Of a stretch of 64,000 nt of DNA, positions 11,921-27,485 are shown piece after piece. The DNA is from Octopus vulgaris (Eukaryota), in assembly GCA_951406725.2 (NCBI GenBank), contig OX597821.1, forward strand, positions 4,774,001 to 4,838,000. Reading direction: 5' to 3'. Made by a program: the position numbers and the translations under genes. Below the pieces are notes generated by a model. The model was not told the DNA's origin and made no database searches. It saw only the letters and a list, made by a program, of their open reading frames with translations. How positions within the stretch are numbered: position 1 is the first letter of the stretch; the number at the start of each line of letters is the position of its first letter.

Positions 11921-12325
11921 GATAAAATTAGTTTCTAAACACTTTCAATCTAGCCATAAGTTCTATAGAATTTTAAAATGGAATACTGCATGTTAGGTAT
12001 TCTTGTTGCAAAATCTCCTCGTATATGAATCAGCATAACACGAATATTATTACAAGCAGCCACAGTGCTGAATCTTATCTGAGGAACTGCAACTTCAAAC
12101 ATAAGAGTTGCTGTCCGTTGCAAGGTAAAAGTCTTCAAAAAGTAGTCGTTTATAAAGCTAATTGGCAAGTAGATGGTTCACAAGAGTATAAAAATTACAC
12201 AGGGTCTTCCCAAAATTCATTCAAGACTCGGTTTTATTCCCATTGAAATTTTTTCGGATACACCGAGAATGGGACAGTAACAAGTCTTGCAAAGCATGCC
12301 TCAGAATTGAAAGAGAACTGTATTA
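11916..12325 (+). mobile_element. Penelope-like element fragment of a second type (Cys-rich linker plus GIY-YIG)
   Basis: [68 protein letters not shown]. Confidence 0.8.
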
Positions 12326-12464
12326 ATAAATAAAATAACACACACAGCAGGGATATATTATATATATAATAATTTGAACGTGGCACGAGAAACCGTAAAA
12401 GTAATTACCCGATCAACAACGGGTATTACTGCCAGTATGTACGTATGCATGTATGCCTGTATGT

Positions 12465-12524
<60 letters not shown>

Positions 12525-12727
12525 AATGTCGAACGACGAAAATCAGTACTGAACACCGTATTGATGCATAGAGTTTATTTCTTTATGTACCGAGGCTACC
12601 TGCAGAGGCGAACACCACTTCTCCATATGATCGGATTGATATATTCTTAAGGTATTACGATATTTTTCCTAACATGAAACCAAAGATAGCCTTAATACGT
12701 AAATAAAATATATACATAGATATATGC

Positions 12728-13062
12728 CGAGGCGCAATGGACCACTTGTAAGGGCTGCGGACTAGCAGTTGTAGGATCGCGGTTTCGAAACAACCTTAGG
12801 CTCCACGAAGTTTCGGCAGGGGGTGGTAACGAATCCTGGTGTACTCTTTCACCACAAATTTCTCTCACTCTTTCTTCCTGTTTCTGTTGTACCTGTATTT
12901 CAAAAGCCAGCCTTGTCACACTCTGTGTCATGCTGAATCTCCCTGAGAACTACTTTAAAGGTACACATGTCTGTGGAGTGCTCAGCCACTTGCACGTTAA
13001 CTTCACGAGCAGGCTGTTCCGTTGATTGGATCAACTAGAACTCTCGCAACCGGCGGAGTGCC
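12728..13062 (+). mobile_element. SINE family C
   Basis: gaggcgcaatgg head, ggtttcga B-box, body and tail matching 13615-13987. Confidence 0.85.
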
Positions 13063-13067
13063 ATGAC

Positions 13068-13201
<134 letters not shown>

Positions 13202-13614
13202 CTTAACCTCATCAAATCTTGCTCACCGAATGATAATGTTCAATGATCACGAAGGACCAAATCCTTTCAAAGTTTGATATATATATATATATATATATCT
13301 TAAGTCTGCAGCTTGATTACTCTAGCGCCTGATGTTACGGGGATATAAACACCGTTTAGAAGGGATTCAGACACACACACACACGCGCGCACACACACAT
13401 ATACATGTGTAAATTTATGTACATATGTATGTGTGTGCGGATGTATGTACACGTATACGTATTTAATAAAATGGTGAGTCCTTCAAAATACATTTTGCTT
13501 CGTTCCAGAACATTCATTAATAATAAAGAAAATCCAAAGTTTTATGCGTAAATACACATACACGTATATTGCATTCGCTTGTATAAATTCCTTCTATATA
13601 TCCAATTATAGGAA

Positions 13615-13987
13615 GGAAGCACTCCGTCGGTTACGACGACGAGGGTTCCGGTTGATCCGAATCAACGGAACAGCCTGCTCGTGAAATTAACGTGTAAGTG
13701 GCTGAGCACTCCGCAGAAACGTGCACACTTAACGTAGTTCTCGGGGATTTTCAGCGTGACACAGAGAGTGACAAGGCCGGCCCTTTGAAATACAGGTACA
13801 ACAGAAACAGGAAGTAAGAACGAGAGAGAAAGGTGTGGTGAAAGAGTACAGCAAGGATCACCACCATCCCCTGCCGGAGCCTCGTGGAGCTTTAGGTGTT
13901 TTCGCTCAATAAACACTCTGGGAATCGAAACCGCGATCCTATGACCGCGAGTCCGCTGCCCTAACCACTGGGCCATTGCGCCTCCAC
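13615..13987 (-). mobile_element. SINE family C, near full length
   Basis: Minus strand reads GGAGGCGCAATGGCCCAGTGGTTAGGGCAGCGGACTCGCGG...GGTTTCGATTCCC (tRNA-like A and B boxes) through to ACCGACGGAGTGC. Confidence 0.9.
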
Positions 13988-14493
13988 ATATCCAATTATA
14001 TACGTAGACACACGAATACATATATTCATAGAAACATTGAAACAGTAAAATACAGGTGGACCACAATCGCTTTCGCTATCTGTCGCTAATGCCTTTTCCG
14101 TTTCTCGTCCCTGTCTCTCTCTATCTTCATGTATGTACCTGTATGTGTAAGAGAAGAGAGAGAGTGTGTGTGTGCGTGTGTGTGTGTCTTAGAATATGAT
14201 AAATGGAAATTATGGTTACTTTAACTGCAACATAACTCTATACACCCAGCTGAAGACGTGGACAGTTTCCGATAATTCAATAAAGATAGAGAATAGAGAT
14301 TTGAAAGTAGGCATTCAATATTGTTTTTTTAACATCGATATTTTGATTTTAATGAAATTTCAATTATCATAACAACATGAAGAAATATACTAATACCCTA
14401 ATACACTAATACATACATGAATGCGCATTCACACGCACACAGAGTTCCAGAAATATATGTATGTATATCGCAAGCTATATACGTAGACACACA

Positions 14494-14540
<47 letters not shown>

Positions 14541-14968
14541 CGTTTAAATATTTGTTAAATATAGATATACATACTCATACACAAGGACACAAATATGTAG
14601 TGTATATATATATATATGTCCACATATATGTGTGCCTGTGTGTATGGTCTGTGTTTGTGTATTATGTATGCATATATTTGCATATATGAATATATATGCA
14701 TTTATATGTATATATTTACATATAAAAACCTATATATATCTATATAATCACACAACAATATCGGTAGATATCTAAATAGTTATATATTTCTCTACGTCTC
14801 TATATGCAGTCACACACGCATTAACAGACAAATACATGCAGACACATACACACACACACATATACATATGTAGAAGCAATAACACATAAATGCAAATATT
14901 CATCCGCATATATATATATATATACACATATATATATGTATATGTGTGTGATACATGTGCGTTTATGC

Positions 14969-15063
<95 letters not shown>

Positions 15064-16277
15064 TAATTGTATTTTTTTTGTGTGTGCATATGCATATACA
15101 TTAATATGTATGTATGTATGTATGTATGTACGCATGCATGTGCGTATAAGTCTGTGTAAATTTCAGAAACATTTTACTGTCAATGCTTGGTTAGAGTTTT
15201 GTGGTTTGTGAAAATTGAAATGCGTATTGATCTACAGTCTCTTTGCATTTACATGTCAATAAATAGATTTTAAAGTCTAGAGAAAAAGAAAAAGAGACAG
15301 ATGCGGATTTTGATCAAAATATCTCCTTTTTTTTCTTCTTAGCATATGCTCTCTAAGAGCACTTACATTTGTGAAGACATGTGTGTAAACACATTGGTAT
15401 TCTTGGATACAGGCATACCCACGAAAGCAGAGAACGAAAACAAAATCCATACAAATAATTTTCTTCGATCCTCGCATGTATATGACTAGAAATTAAAGTT
15501 AGCCAAAACATCATGAAATGTTTGTATTCAGCCAGTTGTATTAGTCAAACATGTGTGGGGGGATCTGATCTTTCATTCACATGTTTAAGAAAACCACATA
15601 TATTTGATTTTCTATGGAACTATATGAACACGCAAAACTTGTCTCCAGTTTCCATTCATATTACAGATCAATAAACAAAACTTCCTTCCATTCTAGCTCT
15701 CTTTATCACTTCCCCTCTCTTCCCTTCTCTCTCTCTCTCTCTCTCTCTCTATCCATCTATCGAGCCATCTATCTATCTATCTAAAATTATCTCTGCATGT
15801 GTGAGCATCTGTATGTGTCTGTTTAGATATGAGAGCACGTGCTATTGCGTGCTTGAGTGTGTATGTGCATGTGTTTGTGTAAGTGCGAGTGTGGTGCTTA
15901 TGAACGTAAGTACGAACCTGTATGTTTAATTCATGTGCGTAGTATTGCATAAATGAATGTTTATTACGTTATCTTTTTTTACTTTCACACGAATTTTTAC
16001 TCGCATTTCCTTTGCATCACCAAGGTGTAAGTTTATCTCTAAATATCCTCGTTGTTCAAGTCCGATCTACAGGGTGAGATCTGTCAGCGTTTCTCTCAGC
16101 CGCTTTATGATGCCAGTAACACAAATGACAGTCATCAGAAGCATTTTTACCCATAAACTAAAATACTGTGATGCAATTTATTTGCAAGGAGCGCATACAA
16201 AGATATGGAAAATATTTCTAAAACATATTTTACTATTGTGCCTTCTGCACGTGTTTCTAAGTGTCGATGTAAAGACG

Positions 16278-16334
<57 letters not shown>

Positions 16335-16335
<1 letters not shown>

Positions 16336-16600
16336 TAGAAAGTTAGGTCAAATTTGTTTATGGAAGCCTGGCAGGCACTGCAATACATACCAGTCTCTCA
16401 TCCCCAAGCCACCATTGTTATCCTAGGGAAATGCAAAGGTCGATACAGTTTGGCACCAGTGACATACCAAGTTGTTGCTCCAGCTTAATGGACTGAAGCA
16501 ATAGGAAATAAAGTGTTTTGCTCAAGAGGACAACACTTTGCCCGTTCCGGGAAACGAACTCACTACCTCATGATTGTCAGTCCAACATTCTAACCACGCA
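16335..16600 (-). mobile_element. tRNA-derived SINE with a different, possibly RTE-type, tail; decayed
   Basis: Minus-strand head gtggttagaatgttggact...gagttcgtttcccgg; body cttgagcaaaacactttatttc resembles the body of the 5050 copy. Confidence 0.6.
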
Positions 16601-17546
16601 TAAGTATATGTTTGTGCGTGTGTGTGTGTGTGTGCGGAACACTGACAGAATCTTCAATGTCCCTGGGTAATCGAGCACTAACCCAAATCTCCGACGTCAT
16701 TCTAAACAGTTTCGTTTATAAAATAAAAGTGACGTCCTACTTAAATGTGATCCTATAATTAACGTTTGACAGATTTAGCTTTGTTTGTGTGATATATATA
16801 ACTATACATAAAGCAAAACATGTGTCTGAATACATGTGTATTTGCAGATGTGTGTAAATATTATATATACGTGTATGATTCGCAATCGTTCCTTTGTCAC
16901 AAGACTTCGAGTCTTCTTTTGTGAAAGAAGCTACGGACGTGTCCATTCTCTCCCTTGAGTACTGTGTAGAATGCGGAGGCAGTAGACGAGCAGAATGAGG
17001 ACCAGGATATTATGAGACAGAAACGTAATGTTTCCAACACATCTAAATGTAGTTTTTGTTAAAAAATATATATAACAATAAAGCGAAGAAATTATATCAA
17101 TTCTTAGCAACTTGTCATAACGGAAATTTATGCAAAATTATTTCAGATATCTCAATTCTAATTATGTTATGTAAAGTATTTCCTGGCTATAATGAAACTT
17201 CATGTCCAAAGATAAGAATCATTATTGAATTCCTATAAAAATTATATGTTGTTTCTCTTATTTTTCCCCGAAAGTCAAATAGTAAAATGGAAATTTATAC
17301 ATAGACATATATGTAAACAGATAAATACATAGGGAGAAAGAGAAACGGAGAAACGGAGAGAGAGTGAGGGAAAGAAAGAAAGAAAGAAAGAGGAAAATTG
17401 AAGAGGAGAGGAGATAGTAGAGATAGAGTAGATCATGATATATATATGTTGAAGTTGTATCTTGAATACTGACCAATTTCCAATATATAAAACATACTGT
17501 TCCATATGTATAAGCACATACATAAATACATTACACACATACATAC

Positions 17547-17642
<96 letters not shown>

Positions 17643-19394
17643 ATGTATGTATCTATGTATGTATCTATGTAGGAATGTAGGTATATTTTGTGTGTGTGCA
17701 TATTTTCAAACGTACTTGGTTATTTTAAAGACGCTCAACATTGTTAAGCGAACCCCACATTCAGCAGCTCACAGTCACGTGAAAATGAGAATCAGAAACA
17801 AAATTAGTCTTCGGAGAGGCCCAAGTTGCCATATAGAAAATGGGGGGTGGGGTACCTTGAGCCTTTTTTTGTTTTTGTTTTTATGAACAGTGTGCGTCTT
17901 TTATGCCAAGAAATAAAATATAAAAGTATCCATACATCCATACTATGATGACTGTATCCCGATTTCGAGCGATGACATCTCTTTATTATTCTCTTAAATA
18001 CGAGGAATGCATTCACGGACGTTTCGTCCTGATTGGAGCCTACTCAGTGTCTTATAGAATTAGGAAGAGAATTACTGATGAGAGAACAGCCACGATAACC
18101 CATGCCTTCATTTTGTTTTGTCCTTACATCCAGCCGTATTATATGAATGCTGCACACTTTCACTTCTAAAATGTTTGAAATATATGATAATCCCTGGATT
18201 AATATTATTTTAACACATAAATTGAAGTATAATTTTTAATATAGAATATTACGATTACATAATTTTTAAATATTCAATCATTTATATATAAGTATTGATA
18301 CACGAATCAATCACGAATCCAAACTTAATTCAACGTTTGCATATTCAAATGCGATCCATCCGTGTGTATGTGTGTATGCATGCGTGCGTGTGCATGTGTG
18401 TGTGTGTGCATATGTGTGTGGTGTGTTCTTGTACATTTGCGCTCAAGATCATTAGAGTTCCATATTAAAGTAGTAATCAAACACGAAAGCACTTCTCATT
18501 CAGCGTTGATTAAGGTAGCATTCTGTAGGTCACTTATATGCACACTAGTAAGATTGAATTCTAATCTGCATCAGACATGGAGCCTCAAAGCTGAACTTAT
18601 ACCATATGTATGTTAGTGTGTAATATGTGTCTGGCAGTCATGCTTTTTACTGTCACTCCTGTAGATATACAAACCCTGTCAAAAGTTTTTCGTAGTGCAC
18701 CAACGAACAAATTTGGGGTTGAATATTAATACCCGAAAGACTGAAAACCCCTATTTACCAAGATATGACACAAGCAAAAGTACTCGTTATGACCTCTCAT
18801 TTACATCAAAAGGCATCACAGGTAAGGCATCCTTTGAGGTATACAAATAATAAGACAGTAGGCCCAGAAGCAAAATAGATCGGAGGATAAGCAAGGACGG
18901 CCCTAAATGTGAACGAGTGATTTTGAAACAAGCACAGTTGAAGAAAAACACAATGTTACCCGAGTAATGCAAGTGTTCACACCAATGTACGAAGCAGAAG
19001 TATAGTCGCTATACAAAAAGCATGTAAAATAACCACGTCTAATCATGGCGTGATGCAACCATTGAGAATTACTGGAAAAATACAATTTGAGAAATGTCAT
19101 CATTCTTGGGAATCTTAATTTCTTTCGTATTGCAGCGAAACCTCTGTTGCTGTGGGTACGTCCAAATAACGGAGATAAAAGCTACGACACGACATGTAAT
19201 ATTCTTACAGGCACTTTGCTGTATAAGCAGTCGGAACATTTCCTGGGACACAAACTGGATGCAGTAATAATGCTAAAAGAGTTGGGAGCACATTGATGCT
19301 TACTGTCGGAATAAAACAGCTTCGGAGAGGAATACTTGCATTGCCATTGCCGATATAGAGGAATACTCTGCCATAGTTTGCAATTTTTTCAGGG

Positions 19395-19965
19395 ATAGGA
19401 AGTTGAAATAAAAAGCCAACCTAAACTTTTAAAGCCTGCCACAGGGACATTGCACGTACTTTGGCAATCTAACAGCGGCAAGGCAATAGGTAGTACGCCA
19501 TATTTCAAGTGAGACGGGTGGAAGATCGTCCCTGGAATACGATGAGCAATTGTTCACCGAGAATTTGGCCTCCGGTGCTAGCCCGTCAATCGCGAGTTCT
19601 ATTGAAACGTATTAAAGCGTTTGAGTGAGGAGAGTCGGCAGAAGCGACTGGGTCTGTTGAACGCCAAGAATTGGATTTTTCACAATGACAATGCATCTTG
19701 TTACGTGTTTCACCCCCTAAACACCTTGGTATCGCTTCCGCTCGCCCCCACCTTCTTCTCCAGATTGTCGAAATCCAAAGAGAAGGGCAATAAGGTCCTC
19801 GACTCGCTTGCAGAAACAACTTCCTGACAGGATTCCAAATGTGCTAGGAACGCTGGAATCGGTGTATTGCTGCGCAAAGTGAATATTTCGAAGAAGATGT
19901 TAAAACTTAGATGCATAAGTTACATTTTATTAATAATAACAAGTCCGGGCACTTTTTATACACCC
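19395..19965 (+). mobile_element. Internally deleted mariner relic
   Basis: IVHREF..PVNREFY*NVLKRL..RQKR..KNWIFHNDNA (HDNA motif) and C-terminal ERWNRCIAAQSEYFEED, followed by TIR-like gtccgggcactttttatacaccc. Confidence 0.75.
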
Positions 19966-21260
19966 ACACACATGCACACTTACACACTCACACACACACA
20001 CTCACACACACACACTCGCACACACACACACTCACACACAAATATACACGGACGCACACACATGCACATATGTGTTCTGTTTGCGCGTGTATGCACATAC
20101 TTCTATATGTAATGTGTAATGTAGACGGATATTTTTCAATGGATATTTTTCAATAACTTAATCTTTTATATGCTGCACTCTCAGACTTATATCCTGATAT
20201 CAGCTGTGTAACATATAAATGTATTTTTCTCTCTAACACTTTCTCACACACACTTTCTCAGTCCTTATCTCTCAATTTCTCTCAACCCCCTCTCTCTCTC
20301 CCATTCTATCTCTCAATTTCTCTCAACCTCTATCTCCCTCTATATCTCCCTCCTTCTCACCCTCATTTTCTATCTCTCTCTCTCTCTTTCTATCGATATC
20401 TACCTTTCTCTGACTCTTTCATTGTTTCTTGTCTTATACACAGAAATACGTAGCTACTCACACATAACTCACAGACATACACACATACACATTTATGTAT
20501 GTATACATCTGAATATATATGCGTATTGCATGTATGTAATTATATACGAATGCAGCCATGTAATTATGTATGCATGTATGTATGTATGTATGTATGTATG
20601 TATGTCTGTATCTATGTATGTATATATGCATGTATGTATACAATATATACGCATATACTTCTCTACGTGCGAGTTTAATTATTGAAGAAATTTCGATTCT
20701 TCGCGACAAGGTTTTATCAATATATACTTAATAAACCTAAAGAATCGAAATACCTTCATTGTGTTGAAAAAAATCCATTTATTCTTGAGCTCCCTCTAGC
20801 ATAATGATATATCTTTAGCTAATTCCCTATGGTTCGACGGAGAATATATTGCCCAAAGCATAAATATTAAAACTTGCATGTTCTTTATTCGCTGAAATAC
20901 ATGCCTGTCTTAGACGTGCGCCACTTCTATTCATTTCCATGATATATGACAACGAGTTTACTTGGATAGTCAACGACAATGAGAGAATATGTGAATATGT
21001 AGCAAAGCAATGGCTGTAACATTTGCATACGACGATACGATAATTTCATAGAATTTGATACAGATAGAAAACTGTATATGCGGACAGATATGTATATATA
21101 CACAGGCGCAGATACATGGTTGTATATATATATATATATATGCACACATACATTTGTACATTTGTACATGTATGAATACACACACACACACTCGCTCACA
21201 CACACACTCACACACACATGTATATATATATATACATATATATATATACATACATATACA

Positions 21261-21299
<39 letters not shown>

Positions 21300-21451
21300 G
21301 TATACATATATAAATATTTATTAATATGTGATATATTGTAATGTGCATTGATTAATAAGTACAGATGCATATGCATACATACATAGAAATATACATATAT
21401 ATATATATATATATACATATTTATATATTTGTGTCTGTATATATACATATA

Positions 21452-21517
<66 letters not shown>

Positions 21518-21783
21518 CATATATAAATGCTTGTGTGTATGTGTATATACGTATACGCATGTATATAATATGTGTGCATAAAAGAGTGTATGTATATTTA
21601 TGCATATAAATTTGCGTATGTATTCTCGTATATTAATTTATATCCGTTAACGCATACCTCATGAATGATGCATATGGATACACACACATAGGTATGTAAC
21701 AATATGCATGTGTGGTATTATATAATCTATCTCTCTCTCTCCCTATGTAAGTGTGTGTATACACACATACACACGTCGAAGTG

Positions 21784-21829
<46 letters not shown>

Positions 21830-21863
21830 CTATACAGATAGATAGATAGACATATATATATAT

Positions 21864-21915
<52 letters not shown>

Positions 21916-22055
21916 TTAGATAGATATGTATGTATGTATGTATGTATGTACGTATGTTTGCAGTACATGCAGACAGACACAGGGTGGGAATGAAAGGAAA
22001 AGAATTGGTAAGAAGAGGAAGGATTTACCAGTCAAATGGAGAGTATAAATGACTG

Positions 22056-22086
<31 letters not shown>

Positions 22087-22239
22087 CGTTACTATATTTA
22101 TCGACACAACTATTTATATGTAGATATGCTTAGATTTAAACTCGACATGTCTTCTTACAAATAGCCATATGCATCATTTCAAATGTATCTACATTTACGT
22201 ATATGCCGGTGTATATGCATGCATACATGTATATTATGT

Positions 22240-22490
<251 letters not shown>

Positions 22491-22974
22491 TGTATCTATA
22501 TATACCTTTGCATACATGTTCACGTGTGTGCGTATGCATAGCTTTCACCCTTCTATTTCTAACTCTTTACTCACATCAGCCAACGCTTACGTAATGTTAT
22601 AATATATAGCCCTCAATATATAAATACTCTTCGACTTTGCTATTATTCTCCACTGCCTCCTTCCACCTCAATCACATACGATGAACCAAACACCGTGCGC
22701 AGCATATATACACACACGCTCACATACACACACACTCACTCACACAAACACAGACACATACACACTCAAGCCCGCAAGTAGATACACATGCATATATGTA
22801 AACGGATATACATATGGATGTATGCATATATACACACATATGTATAAATGTAGATATATATGTCTTATATATATATATATATATATATATGCATATAAAG
22901 ACAGAGATGGATGATAGATTGATTTATACATATATATGTTTGTGTAGATAGCTAGACAGAGAGAGAGAAAGAAG

Positions 22975-23190
<216 letters not shown>

Positions 23191-23704
23191 GACTGAATAT
23201 GAAGTGTATATGATGACTGCTATATGACAGAGACAAATTGCGAAGGGTTAGTAAAGTACTAAATCTAAAGAAGTTAACTTTTCCACTTTTCCTGAACTTG
23301 GCAGTGGAAACGTTCACAATACGACATCGCATTTGATTTATAAACCTGTCCGACTGGTAACCCATTGGCAGGAGTGTCTGTCTGTTCCATTGCATTTTAT
23401 TTCTATGACCAATATGCTTTGTATTGATTCAATTCTATCTATGTAACATATGCTTTCGTTAAACTACACACTTCATGTTCATTCAAAGACTAATGCCGAA
23501 ATGTCTTTCAATATAATATGGTTTAGCTAAATCAAATATTCTCTTCTTACACTGACCATTGCTCCTATTCTGTAAATATCATATACATAAATAAGTGTGT
23601 GTGTGTGTGTGTAAGCGAAGTTTGTGTTTGTGTCAATTCCATGTAATATATAATGATTCAATGCCTCATATGCTTATTGTATATCATATCTATCTCAGTA
23701 TTCT

Positions 23705-24030
23705 ATATGTGGTAAAGACGCTCGCTTTGCAGCCAGGTTGTTTCGGGTGGTACCTCAAATGTGTAGCCCCATGGCCAAGTGTTTTCTTCTATAGCCTCAG
23801 GCTGATAAAGGGCTTGTGGATAAATTTGGTAAAAAAAAAATGGTATGGAAAACCGTCATATATTCGTGTATGAGTCAGTATGAGTGTTTTTATTTTCGTG
23901 CTTGTTCTTGACCCCGCCCATAGACTGACAACCGGTGTCCGTTTCTTTACCTCCGTGTAACAGAGTATTTTGTCAAAGAAGCCGGTATGATATATTCCAG
24001 TTTTTTAAAAAAATATGCACTGGGATAGAA
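23705..24030 (+). mobile_element. SINE family B, old copy
   Basis: gtggtaaagacgctcgct..ttctatagcctcagg..gacaaccggtg resembles family B. Confidence 0.6.
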
Positions 24031-24852
24031 TTTTTAGACTAAATCCCTTGACCCAGTAAAACTGCGGCCCAATGATTAAAGCACGAAGAAAATAACAGAT
24101 TAAAGATCAACAAGCTATCCCGTCATCTTGTTTCAGTAAACGATATATCGTCCTTATCTGTAACATAACATATGCATACGTCGGAGCGACAAAGATCATT
24201 TAGTCAGCCTTAATTGTGACTAATGACCATCTTGAATCAAGTGGCAAGACGAATTCAAGACGAGCAGGGATATAAACTGATGCAGTAGGCGGACTAAATG
24301 TCTTACTTCTTTCCTCTTGTTCTCTGTGTTTCAAAATGGGTAGATGCAGCCACCAAGCTCTCCTTTGCAGCGGATCTAGCCTTCATATAAATAGACAGAC
24401 AAACATTTATATGCTACTTAAACCATGTGTGAGACAATGACAGATGCTACAACTACGGATAATAGTCGATATTGGTACGCTAGTGGTTAAACCAACATCC
24501 CTGAAAGCCTTAGAATTCCTGAACCAATGCTATGCTACTGTACACAGCTTATAGTTATTTCTACCCCCGGGAAAAAACAAAAAGTATCATTTAAGTTTAA
24601 ATTAATAAGAGTGAAAAATTGAATATTAATTTAATATCAATATAAAACAAGTGTCCTAGCATATTAAAATCTGAAGATGCAGAAAAATTATATTAATACA
24701 TATACGTGGGATAACCACTACGTGAACATCCATTATGCTAGAAGTAGATCTGCTATGGTCTTACCACTAAGAAAGAAATGTTCTCAAGAAAATTCAGCAA
24801 ACGCTAGAACATAAGCGAGCAAGACAAATGAAAAGAAACAGAATATAGATTA

Positions 24853-24911
24853 ATCACAAACCAGTTTCGCTATTACCACATACGTAATTATCCGTAGCTC
24901 ATCAGTATGAT
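24853..24911 (-). ncRNA. Minimal type I hammerhead ribozyme
   Basis: Minus strand reads atcata CTGATGA gcta..tagc GAAA ctgg TT tgtgat; 6-bp stem I (one G-U) and 4-bp stem II base. Confidence 0.75.
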
Positions 24912-25249
24912 CGTCTTTGCAAATAAAATTTGCAGAACTATACAAGAGACGTCCGCATGAGATTGAACATGTATACAGTTCTACATTTTACACTTGAGTT
25001 TATTTTCCAAAGGCTTCGTATCCCTCTTATATCTATCATTTAGTTAAGTGTAGAATATCGTACTAAAAGTAGCAATTCATAAATACGTTATAACAAAAGT
25101 ATCTGGGATTACTTCCAATTTAAGCACGAGGACATCGGTTTTAGTGGTTAATTCTTGGCTTGGTATATTACCGATGTTAACACTTGACAGCGCAATATCT
25201 ATTTTACCAATCTCAAAAGGATGGAAGGTTCAACATTCGTTTAATTTCA

Positions 25250-25837
25250 ATTCTCATCTCGCACGTGACAGCAGTTGTTCGACATAAGCCCACAGGTCGG
25301 AAATTGTTGGACACTGCACGAGTGCGTGCAGAACGGTTTCGTCGCTCTGCCCGCATGTCGGGCAGGTCGGCCCCGTGTTTCTCGAGCCGTGTCAGTAGAG
25401 CTTATCCCGAACGGGTAGCGCTTCTCGGTAGCACTGCCAGGCCAGGGATCTCTGGAAGTTGTCCATGGGCCCTGGCCCAAATGTCGTCCCGAACAGGCGG
25501 GTCAGGTATTCCTCGTCGCCGTCCAGGTTTGCCCCGAGCTCGTCGTCGTACCTCCTCTCCACTAATCCCCTATAGAATGCTTGGGTTGTGATGGAGTCAC
25601 TCAAGGTCGACCCGGGACGGCAGAGTTGCTTGAGAGCAACGCGACACTCGCGGTGCCATTCGCACCTCCTCGGCCTCTTTTTGTTCCACGACTGCAGTTC
25701 GGTCATGGAGACGAGTTGCGGGAAGGCGTGCCTGACAAACGACGACCACACCTGTTCACGGTCGTCTTCGAAGAGCCTGAGATGTCGCAGTCTCAGCGCG
25801 TGTCTGCGCATCATCAACCACGGCATGCCCAGTCCTC
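25250..25837 (-). mobile_element. L1/Tx1-like LINE ORF2 fragment, same family as 10141-11256
   Basis: GLGMPWLMMRRHALRL...FQRSLAWQCYREALPVRDKLY...CGQSDETVLHALVQCP; 5' end abuts atagatagat. Confidence 0.85.
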
Positions 25838-25924
25838 ATAGATAGATGTCCATGCTGTGAGTTATATTTTACCATTTCAGCCGCAAGAAATGTGTGTAGG
25901 TGTGTGTCTGCGCATATATGTATA

Positions 25925-26130
25925 TAGAGTTAATCCAAACATGAACAAGCAAGAAAAAACAACAATGCGAGGACGTGGAATAAGTATAGTGTTATTGGAC
26001 GCTCAGGAAAGGAAAGAAAATAAAGAGGATTCCTCGTTTCGAGCGGAGCTTTTCGTCAGAAATATAGAAAAAATCCAAAGAAGGGAAGACGGAGAAAGAA
26101 AATCGCCAACGTTACACACGCGGTCACAAT
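25925..26130 (-). mobile_element. Short TA-adjacent element with a decayed minimal hammerhead-like motif (26030-26062)
   Basis: Minus strand reads ttt CTGACGA aaagctccgctc GAAA cg ag gaa; the cleavage-site U is missing. Confidence 0.5.
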
Positions 26131-26552
26131 TATGTATATACCTCTGTATGCGTATATGTTTGTGTGTTTGTGTGTAGGGGACTGACGTATGTTAGTATTT
26201 CTGATTTGTATAAACAACAGAGTTAATCATTGGACAAGCGAATATGCAGTTTGAAATATCTTTTTAAACAAAGTCATTAGGAGACATTACGTGTATTTTA
26301 CCGCACATAACGTTATTACAGCATCATTTAATTGAACAGATTCCAAACTTTATATACCACTTAACTATTCCAGACTATGCCGATTCCTGTTTTAATTTAT
26401 ATGGACTTTATTTTAATCACTTTAATCTTAACTTGCAATAATGTACAACTAAATAATTTACATTGCAACTTATTTCTGAGGTGAAGTTAGTCTTTTCTTG
26501 AAAATGCAGGTGTTGTCGTGACAACACCAGTGATTTCACACACACACACACA

Positions 26553-26594
<42 letters not shown>

Positions 26595-26743
26595 TATGTA
26601 TACACATACGCATATTGTGTTTAGAATCAACGTGGTAATTTACAATATATTTTAATATGATGTTATGCTGCAATGGATCGTGTTTCATTAACTCTATGAA
26701 TTTTCATCATAGGAATTATGCAGACACATCCAGAGACGTTCTT

Positions 26744-27008
26744 GATAAATATTATTTAATAAACACAATATATATTTCTTTTTATGTCCTGCTATTAGTT
26801 TCATGTGTTGAAAGCATAACAAACAGTATTTTTAACATGTCCGGTGTTCTAGCACAAACATCAGACACTGCTCACATGATATAACATGTGGATGTGTCTG
26901 ATGATTGTGCTAGGAAACCAGACTATTGAAAACTGTTATTTGGTATGCTCTTAGTACATGAAATTAATAGTAACAAACATATATTATGCTTATTAGATAA
27001 TATTTATC
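26744..27008 (+). repeat. Long imperfect hairpin (~130-nt arms, loop 26879-26884)
   Basis: gataaatattat...cacatg ATATAA catgtg...ataatatttatc pairs along its length. Confidence 0.85.
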
Positions 27009-27058
27009 TCGCCAGATGGAGTACTTTTTCTTGATCTTACCATCACGGAACATTACAC

Positions 27059-27104
<46 letters not shown>

Positions 27105-27119
<15 letters not shown>

Positions 27120-27485
27120 GGCAGTTTGTCTGTGTGTGCTTCTGTGTGTCTGTTAGGTTGTACCCTCACCCTGACCACGGCTTTCAACCGATTCTGATGA
27201 AACTTGACACACACATAGCCCAATGTCATAATTCAAAACTAACGCAGCGAAAATTTTGAAAAGTTCCCCCAGTTCTGAAAAAAATCGATAAATTCGACAT
27301 GGGGTCGAGAATCAGAAACACAAACCACAGACTGTCTAGGGGACGCAACTCCACCTTTTTAACTCTCAAAAATAAATTTACCATAATTTTTTTTCCATTT
27401 TTTTGCTATTTTTGGGCTATAACTCTCTAAAAATGCTTTATAGTTATTTCCCTTACAAACCGAGCAACGCCGGGCGATACTGCTA

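Noticed and set aside
18010-18100. Hammerhead-like pieces (minus: CTGAGTA...GAAA cg TC; plus: CTGATGA...GATA)
   Set aside because: Core mismatches and no convincing stem I.
26665-26715. Minus-strand ATGATGA...GAAA cacg motif
   Set aside because: C3 and the cleavage site are absent; too decayed to call.
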